Shown one piece after another: positions 10,379 to 19,490 of a DNA stretch of 64,000 bases. Source of the DNA: a virus (Duplodnaviria; Caudoviricetes); IMG/VR virus record IMGVR_UViG_2785511464_000001, positions 31,771 through 95,770 of that record; one strand, given 5' to 3'. The position numbers and the translations under genes were made by a program. Each line of letters begins with the position of its first letter. The first letter of the stretch is position 1. The notes under the pieces were generated by a model. The model had not been told where the DNA came from, ran no database searches, and saw nothing but the letters and a program-made list of their open reading frames with translations.

Positions 10379-11874
10379 AACGGATCAATCCAACGCTCTT
10401 CGACCAGCTGAAGGAGCGCACGACGCACATCGTTCTGGGGTGGCTTCTGGAGCGAACGGATGGGCTCAAGCTGGGCTTCACCTCCGGGGATATTCCCTTC
10501 GAGATCGACGGTCTCCGGTACGAGCCCTCGAATGCTTTCAGCGGCATGGCTGTGTCCTCGAAGACAAACCTGTCCGTGGACAACACGAGCGCCAAGGCTC
10601 TGGTCTCCGATAAGATCACAGATTGGGATTTGCAGGCCGGCCTGTGGGACAACGCCTTCATCCGCATGTTCTGGGTCAACCCCATGGACCCGCAGGGTGT
10701 CGTGCCTATCCGGGGCGGTCGCCTGGGTGAGGTGAAGATCCGCAACGGCGAGTTCGAGTGTGAGGTGCGGTCGCCGTTTCAGAAGCTGCAGCAGCCGTTC
10801 GGGGAATTCTACACCCTGGAGTGCTCCGCTACGCTGGGAGACCACCGCTGCCTTGTGTGGCTGGAAGCCGAGGAGTGGAGGCCGAACGAACGCTATATCG
10901 CCAAGGCGGGTGCAGACGCGGGCATCGGCTCCTACGTCAAGCCGGCTGTGCAGACGGGCTTCTGGTATCAGTGCGTGGCTGCGCAAGGGGAGCAGGCCGC
11001 CGTCACCTCGAACCCAAACGCCAACCTGGCGACGGGGGATTGGGCGCAGTCTGACACGATGCTGTCATTCTTGAATGCATCCGGCCCCGCCGGCCTCTTC
11101 AAGATGCTCTTCGAGATGATGCGGATCAAGAGCGGGGACGTGCTCGTTGACGAGAACAGCGATCCCGCCGTCAGGATGATGGCCTCGGTGATGGATCGGC
11201 AGCAGGGCGTCACCACGGAGGGTGAGGAGGTCTTCGGCAGCAGCTATTACCAGCCGGACCTCACACAGAGCGGGCAGCTTGTGAACTCTCAGGCGTACCT
11301 GACCCCGACGAAGGAGGGTAAGGTTCCGCTGTCCGCCCCGGCGGGCGTGCAACCTCTCACGATCACCAACGGCTCGGCCTCCGTACGCTACGCGCTGGGG
11401 TGGTCTGGCAGCGTAGAACCCCATTGGCCCCAGCAGCCGGGTGCCGAGGTCGTGGACAGCCAGCTTGTCTGGAAGTGCATTCGCGCGCGCCGGCTGGTCG
11501 GCCAGGTCACCGCCGTGTTCAGTCGATCCCATTTCACCGACCGCGACCGGATCGAACCGATGGACTATTGGCGCTATGGGGTGGTCGAGTGGCTGACGGG
11601 GGCCAACAAGGGGATCAAGGTCGAGGTCCGGGACTACGGTCAGACGAACGGCGGGGGCTTCGCTCTGCTTGAGCAGATGCCTGGCGAGATCAGGCCGGGT
11701 GACCAGTACGAGGTCGTGGTCGGGTGCGCCAAGACCCGCACCGCTTGCCGGGCCTTCGACAACATCCACAATTTTCGGGGCTTCCCGGACATGCCGACGG
11801 AAGAGAAGGCGCTGGCCACGGCGAATATCACTTCCAAGGGCGGGCAGAAGAAACAGGATAGCGGAGGCAGCTGA
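10375..11874 (+). CDS. Baseplate hub (DUF2163/BR0599, GTA g13-like)
   Basis: RTDG..LGFT, CSATLGD.RC, GCAK...C..F.N..NFRGFP motifs. Confidence 0.85.
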   Translation: MKRINPTLFDQLKERTTHIVLGWLLERTDGLKLGFTSGDIPFEIDGLRYEPSNAFSGMAVSSKTNLSVDNTSAKALVSDKITDWDLQAGLWDNAFIRMFWVNPMDPQGVVPIRGGRLGEVKIRNGEFECEVRSPFQKLQQPFGEFYTLECSATLGDHRCLVWLEAEEWRPNERYIAKAGADAGIGSYVKPAVQTGFWYQCVAAQGEQAAVTSNPNANLATGDWAQSDTMLSFLNASGPAGLFKMLFEMMRIKSGDVLVDENSDPAVRMMASVMDRQQGVTTEGEEVFGSSYYQPDLTQSGQLVNSQAYLTPTKEGKVPLSAPAGVQPLTITNGSASVRYALGWSGSVEPHWPQQPGAEVVDSQLVWKCIRARRLVGQVTAVFSRSHFTDRDRIEPMDYWRYGVVEWLTGANKGIKVEVRDYGQTNGGGFALLEQMPGEIRPGDQYEVVVGCAKTRTACRAFDNIHNFRGFPDMPTEEKALATANITSKGGQKKQDSGGS

Positions 11875-12326
11875 TGCTTGAGCGCAAGAGGATCGTGGAC
11901 ATGGCGCGGGGTTGGCTGGGCGTCCGGTATCGGCATCAGGGGCGGTCCAAGGAGCGTGGTGTCGATTGCGTCGGCCTCATACTCGGGGTAGGTGCTGAGC
12001 TCGATTTGCAATTAATTGCACCGCAGTTCTATGCCGAAAGCCCAAGCTCCAATCTGGTCCTGCGCTACGCCGATCAGCAGCTGAACCCCATCGAAAGCCG
12101 GGAGTTGGCTCTGGGGCGGGTAGCGATCCTCTGGGGCTTCGACCGTAACGAGGCGCAGCACCTCGCAATCGTCGGCGAGCACGCGGGCCGGCTGACCATG
12201 ATCCACTCCTTCAGCAAGGCGGGGAAGGTTCTGGAGCACAGCTGGGACAGTTTCTGGATGAAGCGTCTGGTGCGGGTCTACGAGTTCCCCGGCACCGCGC
12301 CGTTGGAGGAGAAGACCTATGGGTAA
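11874..12326 (+). CDS. NlpC/P60 tail peptidase (GTA g14-like)
   Basis: ARGWLGVRYRHQGR...GVDCVGL...HLAI...MIHS. Confidence 0.9.
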   Translation: MLERKRIVDMARGWLGVRYRHQGRSKERGVDCVGLILGVGAELDLQLIAPQFYAESPSSNLVLRYADQQLNPIESRELALGRVAILWGFDRNEAQHLAIVGEHAGRLTMIHSFSKAGKVLEHSWDSFWMKRLVRVYEFPGTAPLEEKTYG

Positions 12327-14931
12327 GGTAGCCCTATCGCTCGCCATCGGTGTTGGTGGTGCGCTCCTGTCGGCGGCTCTCGCGCCGAAGCCGAAGGACC
12401 AGTACGGCCCGCGCCTGTCCGACATCAACGTCGCGTCGGTCAGCCCCGGCAACCCGATCATCAGGCATTGGGGCACGATGAAGGTGCCCGGTCAGATGCT
12501 GTGGACCTCCAAGCTGATCGAGACCGAGCACGTCGAGGAGGTCGGCGGCGGCAAGAAAGGTGGCGGCGGCAAGCACAGCCAGAAGGTCTACACCTACACC
12601 TACTCGGTGGATTGCGCCGTGGCCGCCTGCCAGGGACCGATCAAGCGGATCAATCGCATCTGGGCGAACCAGAAGCTGCTCTGGATGCACGAGGACATTC
12701 AGATGCGGGCGAGCGACGACTTCGACGCGGCCTACTACGCTGAGCTCGACCGGCTGGTGAACCAGGAGGGTGTCACGCGGATCGTGGAAGCCTATTGCGG
12801 CGCGTTCTTCTTCGCCTTCAACAATTACAGACCCGACGAGTACACCTACGGCACACAGGCCGAGGCCGTCGATTACATCATGGCTCATCCGGGGACGAAC
12901 CTGACCCCGCCGATCCCCGCACCACAGCGCTCTGAAGTGGACGCGCTTATGGGGCAGATGCTGGACGGTCTCGGCAGGGATCAGGAGTACGCGAAGAACA
13001 AGCTCCGCTTCGACGCGATGAACATCTACCTCGGCAGCGACACGCAAATCCCGAACGCCAAGATGGAGGAGTATCTGGGCCTCGGGAACGTGCCGGCATA
13101 CCGGGGCGTCGCCTATTTCGTCCTGCACAACCTGCAGCTGGAAGACTTCGGCAACGGCATCCCGCAGTTCACGGTCGAGGTGCAGCGGGGCGACGGTGAG
13201 GTGTTTCTGCACGAGATCGTCACCGACGTATGCCGGGAGAGTGGTCTTGAGGACGCCGAGTTTGACGGGATCGGATACCTCCCGACCGACCGCAAGGTGA
13301 CGGGCTTCGCCGTTACGCAGTCGATGTCCGGGCGCGCTGTCCTGAACATGCTTCAGTCGGTGTTCCCGTTCGACGCCGCAGAGAGCGATTACCGGATCAT
13401 CTTCAACTGGATCAACCAGCGCCCGGTCGCGATCCTTCGGCGGGAGGACTTTGGTGCCTATGCCGAGGGCAGTGACCCGCCCCCGTCCGTCGAAGTCACC
13501 CGAGCACAGGACGCGGACCTGCCCCGGCGTCTCCAGATCAAGTTCCAGGAGCCGGCCCGGTCCTTCTCCCCGAATATGGTCTATGCAACGCGCAGCGTCA
13601 CCGAGAGTGACAGCGTGGACGAGGTGGACGTCACCATGGCGCTCACACGCCAGCTGGCCAAGACGCAGGCCGAGGAGATGCTTGCCCTCAAGTTCACGGC
13701 CCGCAAGACGCACAAGGTGGTGGTCCCGCGCAAGTATGTGATCATCGAGCCCGGTGATGTCGTGCTCGTGCCCGACCCCGCCGACCCTGCGGGCGACCAG
13801 TATCTGTCTTGGCGCTGCGTCGGCGTGGACATCGGTGCGAACGCGGTTCTCGAACACACGTTCACGGATCACAACCAGTTCGGCCACAGCCAGGCGATCA
13901 CGGAAGACGACCTGGACATAGACGATAACGAGCCGGAGACGATCCCGCGCGCCTCCCCGACGACGCCCTACATGCTCGACACGCCGCTCTTGTCGGACGC
14001 TGCGACTGACAATGTGGGCTTCTACACCGTGCTCGCCGGGAACCGGAACAGCTGGTCCGGTGGCGTCCTCCTGCTGGACATCACGTCCGGGGGCACCATT
14101 GAGGTCTTCGGGGTCGAGGAGCCCAACGAGGCCGCCGGGTCGAAATGGTACGCCATTGCCCAGAACACGGTGGCTGTCGCGCATGGTTACGCCATGACTG
14201 CGCTGCCTGACGCTGTTCCGGGTCTCTGGGATGAGACGATGGCCATCCGGGTGTTCCTGATGAACAACGACATCGCGCTGGCCTCCGCAGACCCCGACGA
14301 CGTGCTCGGGCAGCCTCTGAACATGGCCGTCATCGGCAACGAGATCGTGCAGTTCTGCAATGTCCGGGAAGTAGGCAACGGTGTCTGGGAGCTGTCCAAG
14401 TTCCTCCGGGGCCTGCGAGGGACGGAGCACGAGATCGGTAAGCATCGCCCCGGCGAGAGGTTCGTGCGCCTGAAGCAGTCTGCCATCAACCGGGTGACGC
14501 ACGATGTCAGCGGGCTGGATCGCCCAGCGGAGTTTCGGGCTGTGACTTTCGGGGATGACCCCGACAGCGCGCCGAGCTTCCAGTTCATCAACACGGGCAA
14601 CAGCCTGCGTCCGTTCACGCCCGCCATCCACGAGCTGGTGCGGCGCTCGAACGACGACATCTACGTGCGGTGGAGCCCACGTCGCCGGCAGAATGGCGGT
14701 CTCATCAACGGACAGACGCTGGAGATCGACCAGCCTTTCGAGCGCTACGAAATAGATGTGCTGGACGGCGCAGCAGTTCTGCGCACCGAGGTGGTCGAGG
14801 ACCGGGAGTGGACCTATACGGCGACCATGCACCAGTCGGACTTCGGTGAGATCAGGGACATCGTTCGCGTGAGGTTGTATCAGATAGGGCAGACAATTGG
14901 GCGTGGATTTGCCCAGGAACTGGAGGTTTAG
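12319..14931 (+). CDS. Central tail/host-specificity protein (megatron-like)
   Basis: YSVDCAVAACQGPI..I.RIWAN, PAYRGVAY, LEDFGNGIP, LRGLRGTE, FERYEIDV motifs. Confidence 0.85.
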   Translation: MGKVALSLAIGVGGALLSAALAPKPKDQYGPRLSDINVASVSPGNPIIRHWGTMKVPGQMLWTSKLIETEHVEEVGGGKKGGGGKHSQKVYTYTYSVDCAVAACQGPIKRINRIWANQKLLWMHEDIQMRASDDFDAAYYAELDRLVNQEGVTRIVEAYCGAFFFAFNNYRPDEYTYGTQAEAVDYIMAHPGTNLTPPIPAPQRSEVDALMGQMLDGLGRDQEYAKNKLRFDAMNIYLGSDTQIPNAKMEEYLGLGNVPAYRGVAYFVLHNLQLEDFGNGIPQFTVEVQRGDGEVFLHEIVTDVCRESGLEDAEFDGIGYLPTDRKVTGFAVTQSMSGRAVLNMLQSVFPFDAAESDYRIIFNWINQRPVAILRREDFGAYAEGSDPPPSVEVTRAQDADLPRRLQIKFQEPARSFSPNMVYATRSVTESDSVDEVDVTMALTRQLAKTQAEEMLALKFTARKTHKVVVPRKYVIIEPGDVVLVPDPADPAGDQYLSWRCVGVDIGANAVLEHTFTDHNQFGHSQAITEDDLDIDDNEPETIPRASPTTPYMLDTPLLSDAATDNVGFYTVLAGNRNSWSGGVLLLDITSGGTIEVFGVEEPNEAAGSKWYAIAQNTVAVAHGYAMTALPDAVPGLWDETMAIRVFLMNNDIALASADPDDVLGQPLNMAVIGNEIVQFCNVREVGNGVWELSKFLRGLRGTEHEIGKHRPGERFVRLKQSAINRVTHDVSGLDRPAEFRAVTFGDDPDSAPSFQFINTGNSLRPFTPAIHELVRRSNDDIYVRWSPRRRQNGGLINGQTLEIDQPFERYEIDVLDGAAVLRTEVVEDREWTYTATMHQSDFGEIRDIVRVRLYQIGQTIGRGFAQELEV

Positions 14932-14934
14932 GGC

Positions 14935-17900
14935 ATGGCACAGACCCCTCGACTTGGCGTCCGTCTGATGGCGTCGAATGACATTCAGAAAGAGGTGGTG
15001 TTCAACGAGGCTGCCGTGGTCTTTGACGCCATGGTTTCGCGCTCTGCCGCAGCCATTCTGGCAAACCCTCCAGCCAGCCCTGCGGCGGGTGACACCTACA
15101 TCATCGGCACCCCCGCATCCGGCGTGTGGGGTGGTCGTGAGAACTACGTGGCGGTCTACTTCAACGGCTGGCGCTTGTTCTCGCCGATCCAGAAGATGAA
15201 GTTCTTCAACGAGGACACCTCGTCCTTCTGGACCTACAGCGGCTCCGGCTGGACTGAAGACCCCGCAGGCACACCGTCCACTCTGGATGATCTCACGAAT
15301 GTGGGCGTCGCTGCTCCGAACGACGGTGACGTGTTGACTTACAGTCTCGCGGACAACCGATGGGTCGCGGGCTCGGTGTCGGTCGTCACCGCCTTCACCA
15401 ATCTGACCGACGTCGCGCTGGCCGGGCTCGCTGACGGCCAGATGCTCGCCTGGGATGCGACCAACGGTGTCTGGGTGAACGTGAACCCGCCTTCGGGGGG
15501 CGGCGCAACAAATCTGGACGAGCTGTCTGACGTGTCTGTCGGAACACCCGCCAATGGTCATCTGCTGACCTGGCACGATGGGCAGGCAGTCTTTCAGGAG
15601 TACGCATTCCCTGCTGCCGAGCTGGGGCACCTCACCGATGTGGTGACCGCAGGCGCTGAGCCGAATGACGTTCTGGCGTTCAACGGGTCCGCCTGGGGGC
15701 CGAGCCCCGCCGTCATCACTTACTCGTTCCTCGGCATGGTCGATGGTCCCCAGACGATGGAGACCTTCGCTAACCACTTCCTCGTGGTCGATCCGACCGA
15801 GAGCTTCCTGGAGTTCCGGTCGCTGGCCGAGCTGATCGCCGAGCTGGAAGACTTCAACCTCCGAGACCTCTCGGATGTCACGGCTCCGAGCGACCCTGCA
15901 GTCGGCATGTTCCTGCGCCTGAACAAGGTCGGCGGCGAGTATGTCTACGACTACGCGAGCCAGACGGACTACTCGATTGCGGCCAGCGACAGTGGCAACC
16001 CACTGACCAGCAAGATCGAGAGCCTGAACTTCAGCGGGTTCGACGTGTCGATGCCGGCGGAGGGGCACCTGATCCTGACCGCCCAGAACGCGCTCGACTT
16101 CCTCGGTGAGGGCTTGCCCGTCGAAGGCGATCCCGTCGATGCAATTAATTTCATTGGTGCGGGCGTCAACGTCACGAACATCGATGGCACCCTGACCGTG
16201 GACATCGGTGATCAGGAGCTGGTGGCCCGTCTCGGCGATCTCGAAAACGTCGATCTCACCACCCCACCCGTGGATGGCAATGTCCTGAAATATGACGGCC
16301 TCACGCAGTCCTGGGTTGCCGGCGTCGGGGGCGGGGGTGGCGGCGCACCTATCGGTGACAGCGAGTATGTCCCTGCGACCTATGAATACGGCCCGTTTGC
16401 GCCTCCCGTGGCAGCGATGTTCCCCGGTCGACACAACGCCCCCTCGGCCAATTTGACCGAAGTCGCGGCGCGGGGCCTCGTGGTGCAGGGTGGGGCGCAG
16501 AGCAGCGGCGCAAAGCACGCTCTGGTCTACCGAGACCTCGCCGTCCGGGAGGAGCCCTGGGTGGTGACCGCCCGCGTCGTGCCGGCGTCGTTCCAGGTGC
16601 CTGGGCATATGGGCGGCGTCGCCATCCAGCGCGCCTTCAACGATGCCTTCGTGTTCCTCGCCCTCGGCAACTCCAGCACCGATGCTCAATCCCAGCTGCG
16701 CCTTGGTTGGGTCAGCCCCTCGGGTGTCGAGACGATCTTGACCACCGAGCCCAACCTGTACAACTGGCTCCGGCTCGGGTTCGACGGGGATTTCATCCGT
16801 GCATGGGTCTCCTCGGACGGTCTTGTCTGGCAGAACTTCGGCAGCCCGGTGGACCCGGCGGCCACGCTGCAGGGCGTACCGGATCGCGTCGGCATCACCA
16901 ACCGGTCGAATGCGGCGCATGACGGCACCGTGGGAACCCTCGTCACGTTCTGGGAAGACCCGGACTTCCCGGCGGGCACGCGCACACAGCAGGGTGTCGT
17001 GGCTCTGGGGTTGGGTGGCCTTCAGGACGTGGACCTGACGGTTCCGCCGCAGGATGGCGAAACCGTCGTCTGGAACGCTGTCCAGCAGGCGTGGGTGCCT
17101 GGTGCCGCCTCGGGTGGCGTGGACGTGGGGGCGTCCGACGAAGGCGATGTCCTCCAGTTCGTCAACGGAGATTGGGCATCTACGACGGTCGTAGATGCCT
17201 TGAACCACCCTCGGCAGGTGCCGCCCGTCGCGCCACAGATCGTCCAGCACAAGCTCAGCCCACCTGTAGAAAGCGGTAATTACTCGGTGACGCTGGACTT
17301 CGCTCCGACGGAGGGTAACTGGCTCATCTGCATCCTGACCTATCAGTCTACAGTCCCGGTGGCGGAGGCTGGCTGGACGGCAGTCCCGGTCTCTACCACG
17401 GGCGCGCGTATCAACACCGTTGTCTATTACCGGAAGGCCACCGCCGGATTGGGACCTGTCCTTCCCGTAGCTGATGCTGGCGCTGCGGAGTACGGCTACG
17501 CGGTAGTCTATGAGGTCGCGAGCCAGACCCCGGATTGGGCCTCGCTTGCGGAGGTTGTTCAGGGTGCGTCCGACGACCAACTGGCCGCACCTTATGATGG
17601 GACACCGTATGTAGCGTCCGGCCCGGCACGCACGGTGCTGCTTGCCTACAGCAACCGCACTACATCCACCTCCGACAATCAGGGGCTAGGGGCCGGGTGG
17701 ACTGAGGACCAGAACTTCGACGGTCAGTCCGTCGGCGAAAATCGCGACTTTGTGTGTGGGCACGCCTTTCCCGCAGACCAGGAGACGCTGACGCCTTCTC
17801 TGGTCAATCTCACAGGGGAGAGCCATGTCGGTTATGCGATGGTGGTCCTCGCACCCGTCACGGAGCCTCCACGTGGAGTGCGCCTCGCTGATCTGTACGA

Positions 17901-18438
17901 TGTGGAGGCGGAGACCGTAGAGGAGGGGCAGGCCCTTGTCTGGGATGGAGTTCAGAACAAATGGCTCCCGAACACGCCGTCTTCAACGCTCGATGCGCTG
18001 ACCGACGTCACCTTCCCGTCGTCGCCCGTCGCCGGCAATTCCCTCGTCTACGACGGCGATCTCGGCAAATGGGTCGCGGGTGCCGGCTTCGGCAATGTGG
18101 CGACCGAGTTCGACATCTCGGTGTTCGTAACGGGGACGCCCGATGTCGAGGTTTCCGCGTTCAGCTACATTGCGGCCAGAGAGTACGTCCTGCCGACCGG
18201 GCTCATCGGTAGTTTCGCCCACGCGGATCAGGCCCCGGACGCGCAGGTGACATTCTCGATCCAGAAGAACGGTGTCGAAATAGGTCTGCTGGTGTTCGCT
18301 TACGGCGAAAATCAGGGGAGCTTCACCTTCCTCGCCGATGTCACCTTTGCGCCTGGCGACCGACTGACACTGGTTGCACCCATCACCGTGCAGAACATCG
18401 CCGACATCACCATCACGTTTGCAGGGAGCCGGGTATGA
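14935..18438 (+). CDS. Tail fibre, DUF2793 N-terminus with L.DL.DV...G.VL.W repeats
   Basis: TPRLG...QKEVVFNEA...PPASPAAGDTYII...W.G...GW start; about 8 internal repeats. Confidence 0.8.
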   Translation: MAQTPRLGVRLMASNDIQKEVVFNEAAVVFDAMVSRSAAAILANPPASPAAGDTYIIGTPASGVWGGRENYVAVYFNGWRLFSPIQKMKFFNEDTSSFWTYSGSGWTEDPAGTPSTLDDLTNVGVAAPNDGDVLTYSLADNRWVAGSVSVVTAFTNLTDVALAGLADGQMLAWDATNGVWVNVNPPSGGGATNLDELSDVSVGTPANGHLLTWHDGQAVFQEYAFPAAELGHLTDVVTAGAEPNDVLAFNGSAWGPSPAVITYSFLGMVDGPQTMETFANHFLVVDPTESFLEFRSLAELIAELEDFNLRDLSDVTAPSDPAVGMFLRLNKVGGEYVYDYASQTDYSIAASDSGNPLTSKIESLNFSGFDVSMPAEGHLILTAQNALDFLGEGLPVEGDPVDAINFIGAGVNVTNIDGTLTVDIGDQELVARLGDLENVDLTTPPVDGNVLKYDGLTQSWVAGVGGGGGGAPIGDSEYVPATYEYGPFAPPVAAMFPGRHNAPSANLTEVAARGLVVQGGAQSSGAKHALVYRDLAVREEPWVVTARVVPASFQVPGHMGGVAIQRAFNDAFVFLALGNSSTDAQSQLRLGWVSPSGVETILTTEPNLYNWLRLGFDGDFIRAWVSSDGLVWQNFGSPVDPAATLQGVPDRVGITNRSNAAHDGTVGTLVTFWEDPDFPAGTRTQQGVVALGLGGLQDVDLTVPPQDGETVVWNAVQQAWVPGAASGGVDVGASDEGDVLQFVNGDWASTTVVDALNHPRQVPPVAPQIVQHKLSPPVESGNYSVTLDFAPTEGNWLICILTYQSTVPVAEAGWTAVPVSTTGARINTVVYYRKATAGLGPVLPVADAGAAEYGYAVVYEVASQTPDWASLAEVVQGASDDQLAAPYDGTPYVASGPARTVLLAYSNRTTSTSDNQGLGAGWTEDQNFDGQSVGENRDFVCGHAFPADQETLTPSLVNLTGESHVGYAMVVLAPVTEPPRGVRLADLYDVEAETVEEGQALVWDGVQNKWLPNTPSSTLDALTDVTFPSSPVAGNSLVYDGDLGKWVAGAGFGNVATEFDISVFVTGTPDVEVSAFSYIAAREYVLPTGLIGSFAHADQAPDAQVTFSIQKNGVEIGLLVFAYGENQGSFTFLADVTFAPGDRLTLVAPITVQNIADITITFAGSRV

Positions 18439-19490
18439 GTATCCTCCACATTGAAGGTTTTGATCAGTACGCGACACAGGCGGACATCGCGTCAGCCTAC
18501 GCCGTGCCTAATCCGGGTTCGTTCGAAACACGCACGGACACCCCCCTCGGGCGTGGCCGGTCTGTGCGGCATAACCGTACGAGCGGGGCTCATGCGGGTT
18601 TGACGAAGGCCATCCCCTCCGTTGCACAAGGCGCATACGTTGGTTCGTCCTTCTGGCTCAAAGTCGAGTCCTATCCGTATGGTCACGGCTACTGCAACAT
18701 CATTCAGTTCCGCGAGGGCTCAACTTCGCATATTTGTCTCGACCTGGACGACAAAGGCTTCCTTCAATTTGTTCGTGGCGGCTCGTCTAGCGTAAGCCCG
18801 ATATTCAACAGGCCGCTCGATCTGAACGTCTGGTATCACGTCGAGGTTCGGGTGCTCGTATCCGACGCTACCGGGGAGGTTGAAGTTCGCATTAACGGCG
18901 AAACATGGGGGGCGGCGTCGGGGCTCGACACACAGTATGGCGGAACCGGCGTATTGGATAACGTTGCTCTGTTCTGTTCGGTTTCGTCGAGTTCTTCTCG
19001 CCAGGGTGTCTATGTTGGAGACAGCTGGGTGGTCTGGGACACTCAGGGAACGACAAATAACGACTGGCTGGGGGACGTCGAAGTGCTCACGTCTCTCCCG
19101 TCTGGGGATGACACACCCGGCACGTGGGTTGCCAATACTGGTGCGCTCTGGGAGGCCATCGACGAGGCGGACCCGGACGGCGACACGACATACATCTCGT
19201 CCTCCACGTTGGACGACGCTGCCACCTTCACAATGGGGGCTCTCCCCGTGACGCCCGAACGGGTGCTTGCAGTTTCGTCCCAGGTGCTGGCGCGTAAGGA
19301 TGATAGCGGCCCCCGATCCATCGCGCACGGGGTCGTCAGTGGTGCCGTCGAGGCACTGTCTGAGGACCAGTCGCTTGGTCTCACCTACGGCCTGACAACC
19401 GTGGTGTTTGAGCAAGACCCCGCGACGGCGGCTCCGTGGACCGGGGCTGCTGCACAGGCTGTGAAAACAAAGGTTAAGGTGTCGGTATGA
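18435..19490 (+). CDS. Virion protein with ConA/LamG-like fold
   Basis: MSILHIEGFD...WYHVEVRV...VRING; paralog of 8061..9164. Confidence 0.65.
   Translation: MSILHIEGFDQYATQADIASAYAVPNPGSFETRTDTPLGRGRSVRHNRTSGAHAGLTKAIPSVAQGAYVGSSFWLKVESYPYGHGYCNIIQFREGSTSHICLDLDDKGFLQFVRGGSSSVSPIFNRPLDLNVWYHVEVRVLVSDATGEVEVRINGETWGAASGLDTQYGGTGVLDNVALFCSVSSSSSRQGVYVGDSWVVWDTQGTTNNDWLGDVEVLTSLPSGDDTPGTWVANTGALWEAIDEADPDGDTTYISSSTLDDAATFTMGALPVTPERVLAVSSQVLARKDDSGPRSIAHGVVSGAVEALSEDQSLGLTYGLTTVVFEQDPATAAPWTGAAAQAVKTKVKVSV

Noticed and set aside
8061-14931. Gene transfer agent cluster
   Set aside because: Tail tip is GTA-like, but the long TMP, own replication, lysis and integrase genes indicate a real phage
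3832-17580. Very long minus-strand ORFs (3832..7743, 12334..17580 and similar)
   Set aside because: Antisense shadows of GC3-biased + strand genes; no motifs or RBS
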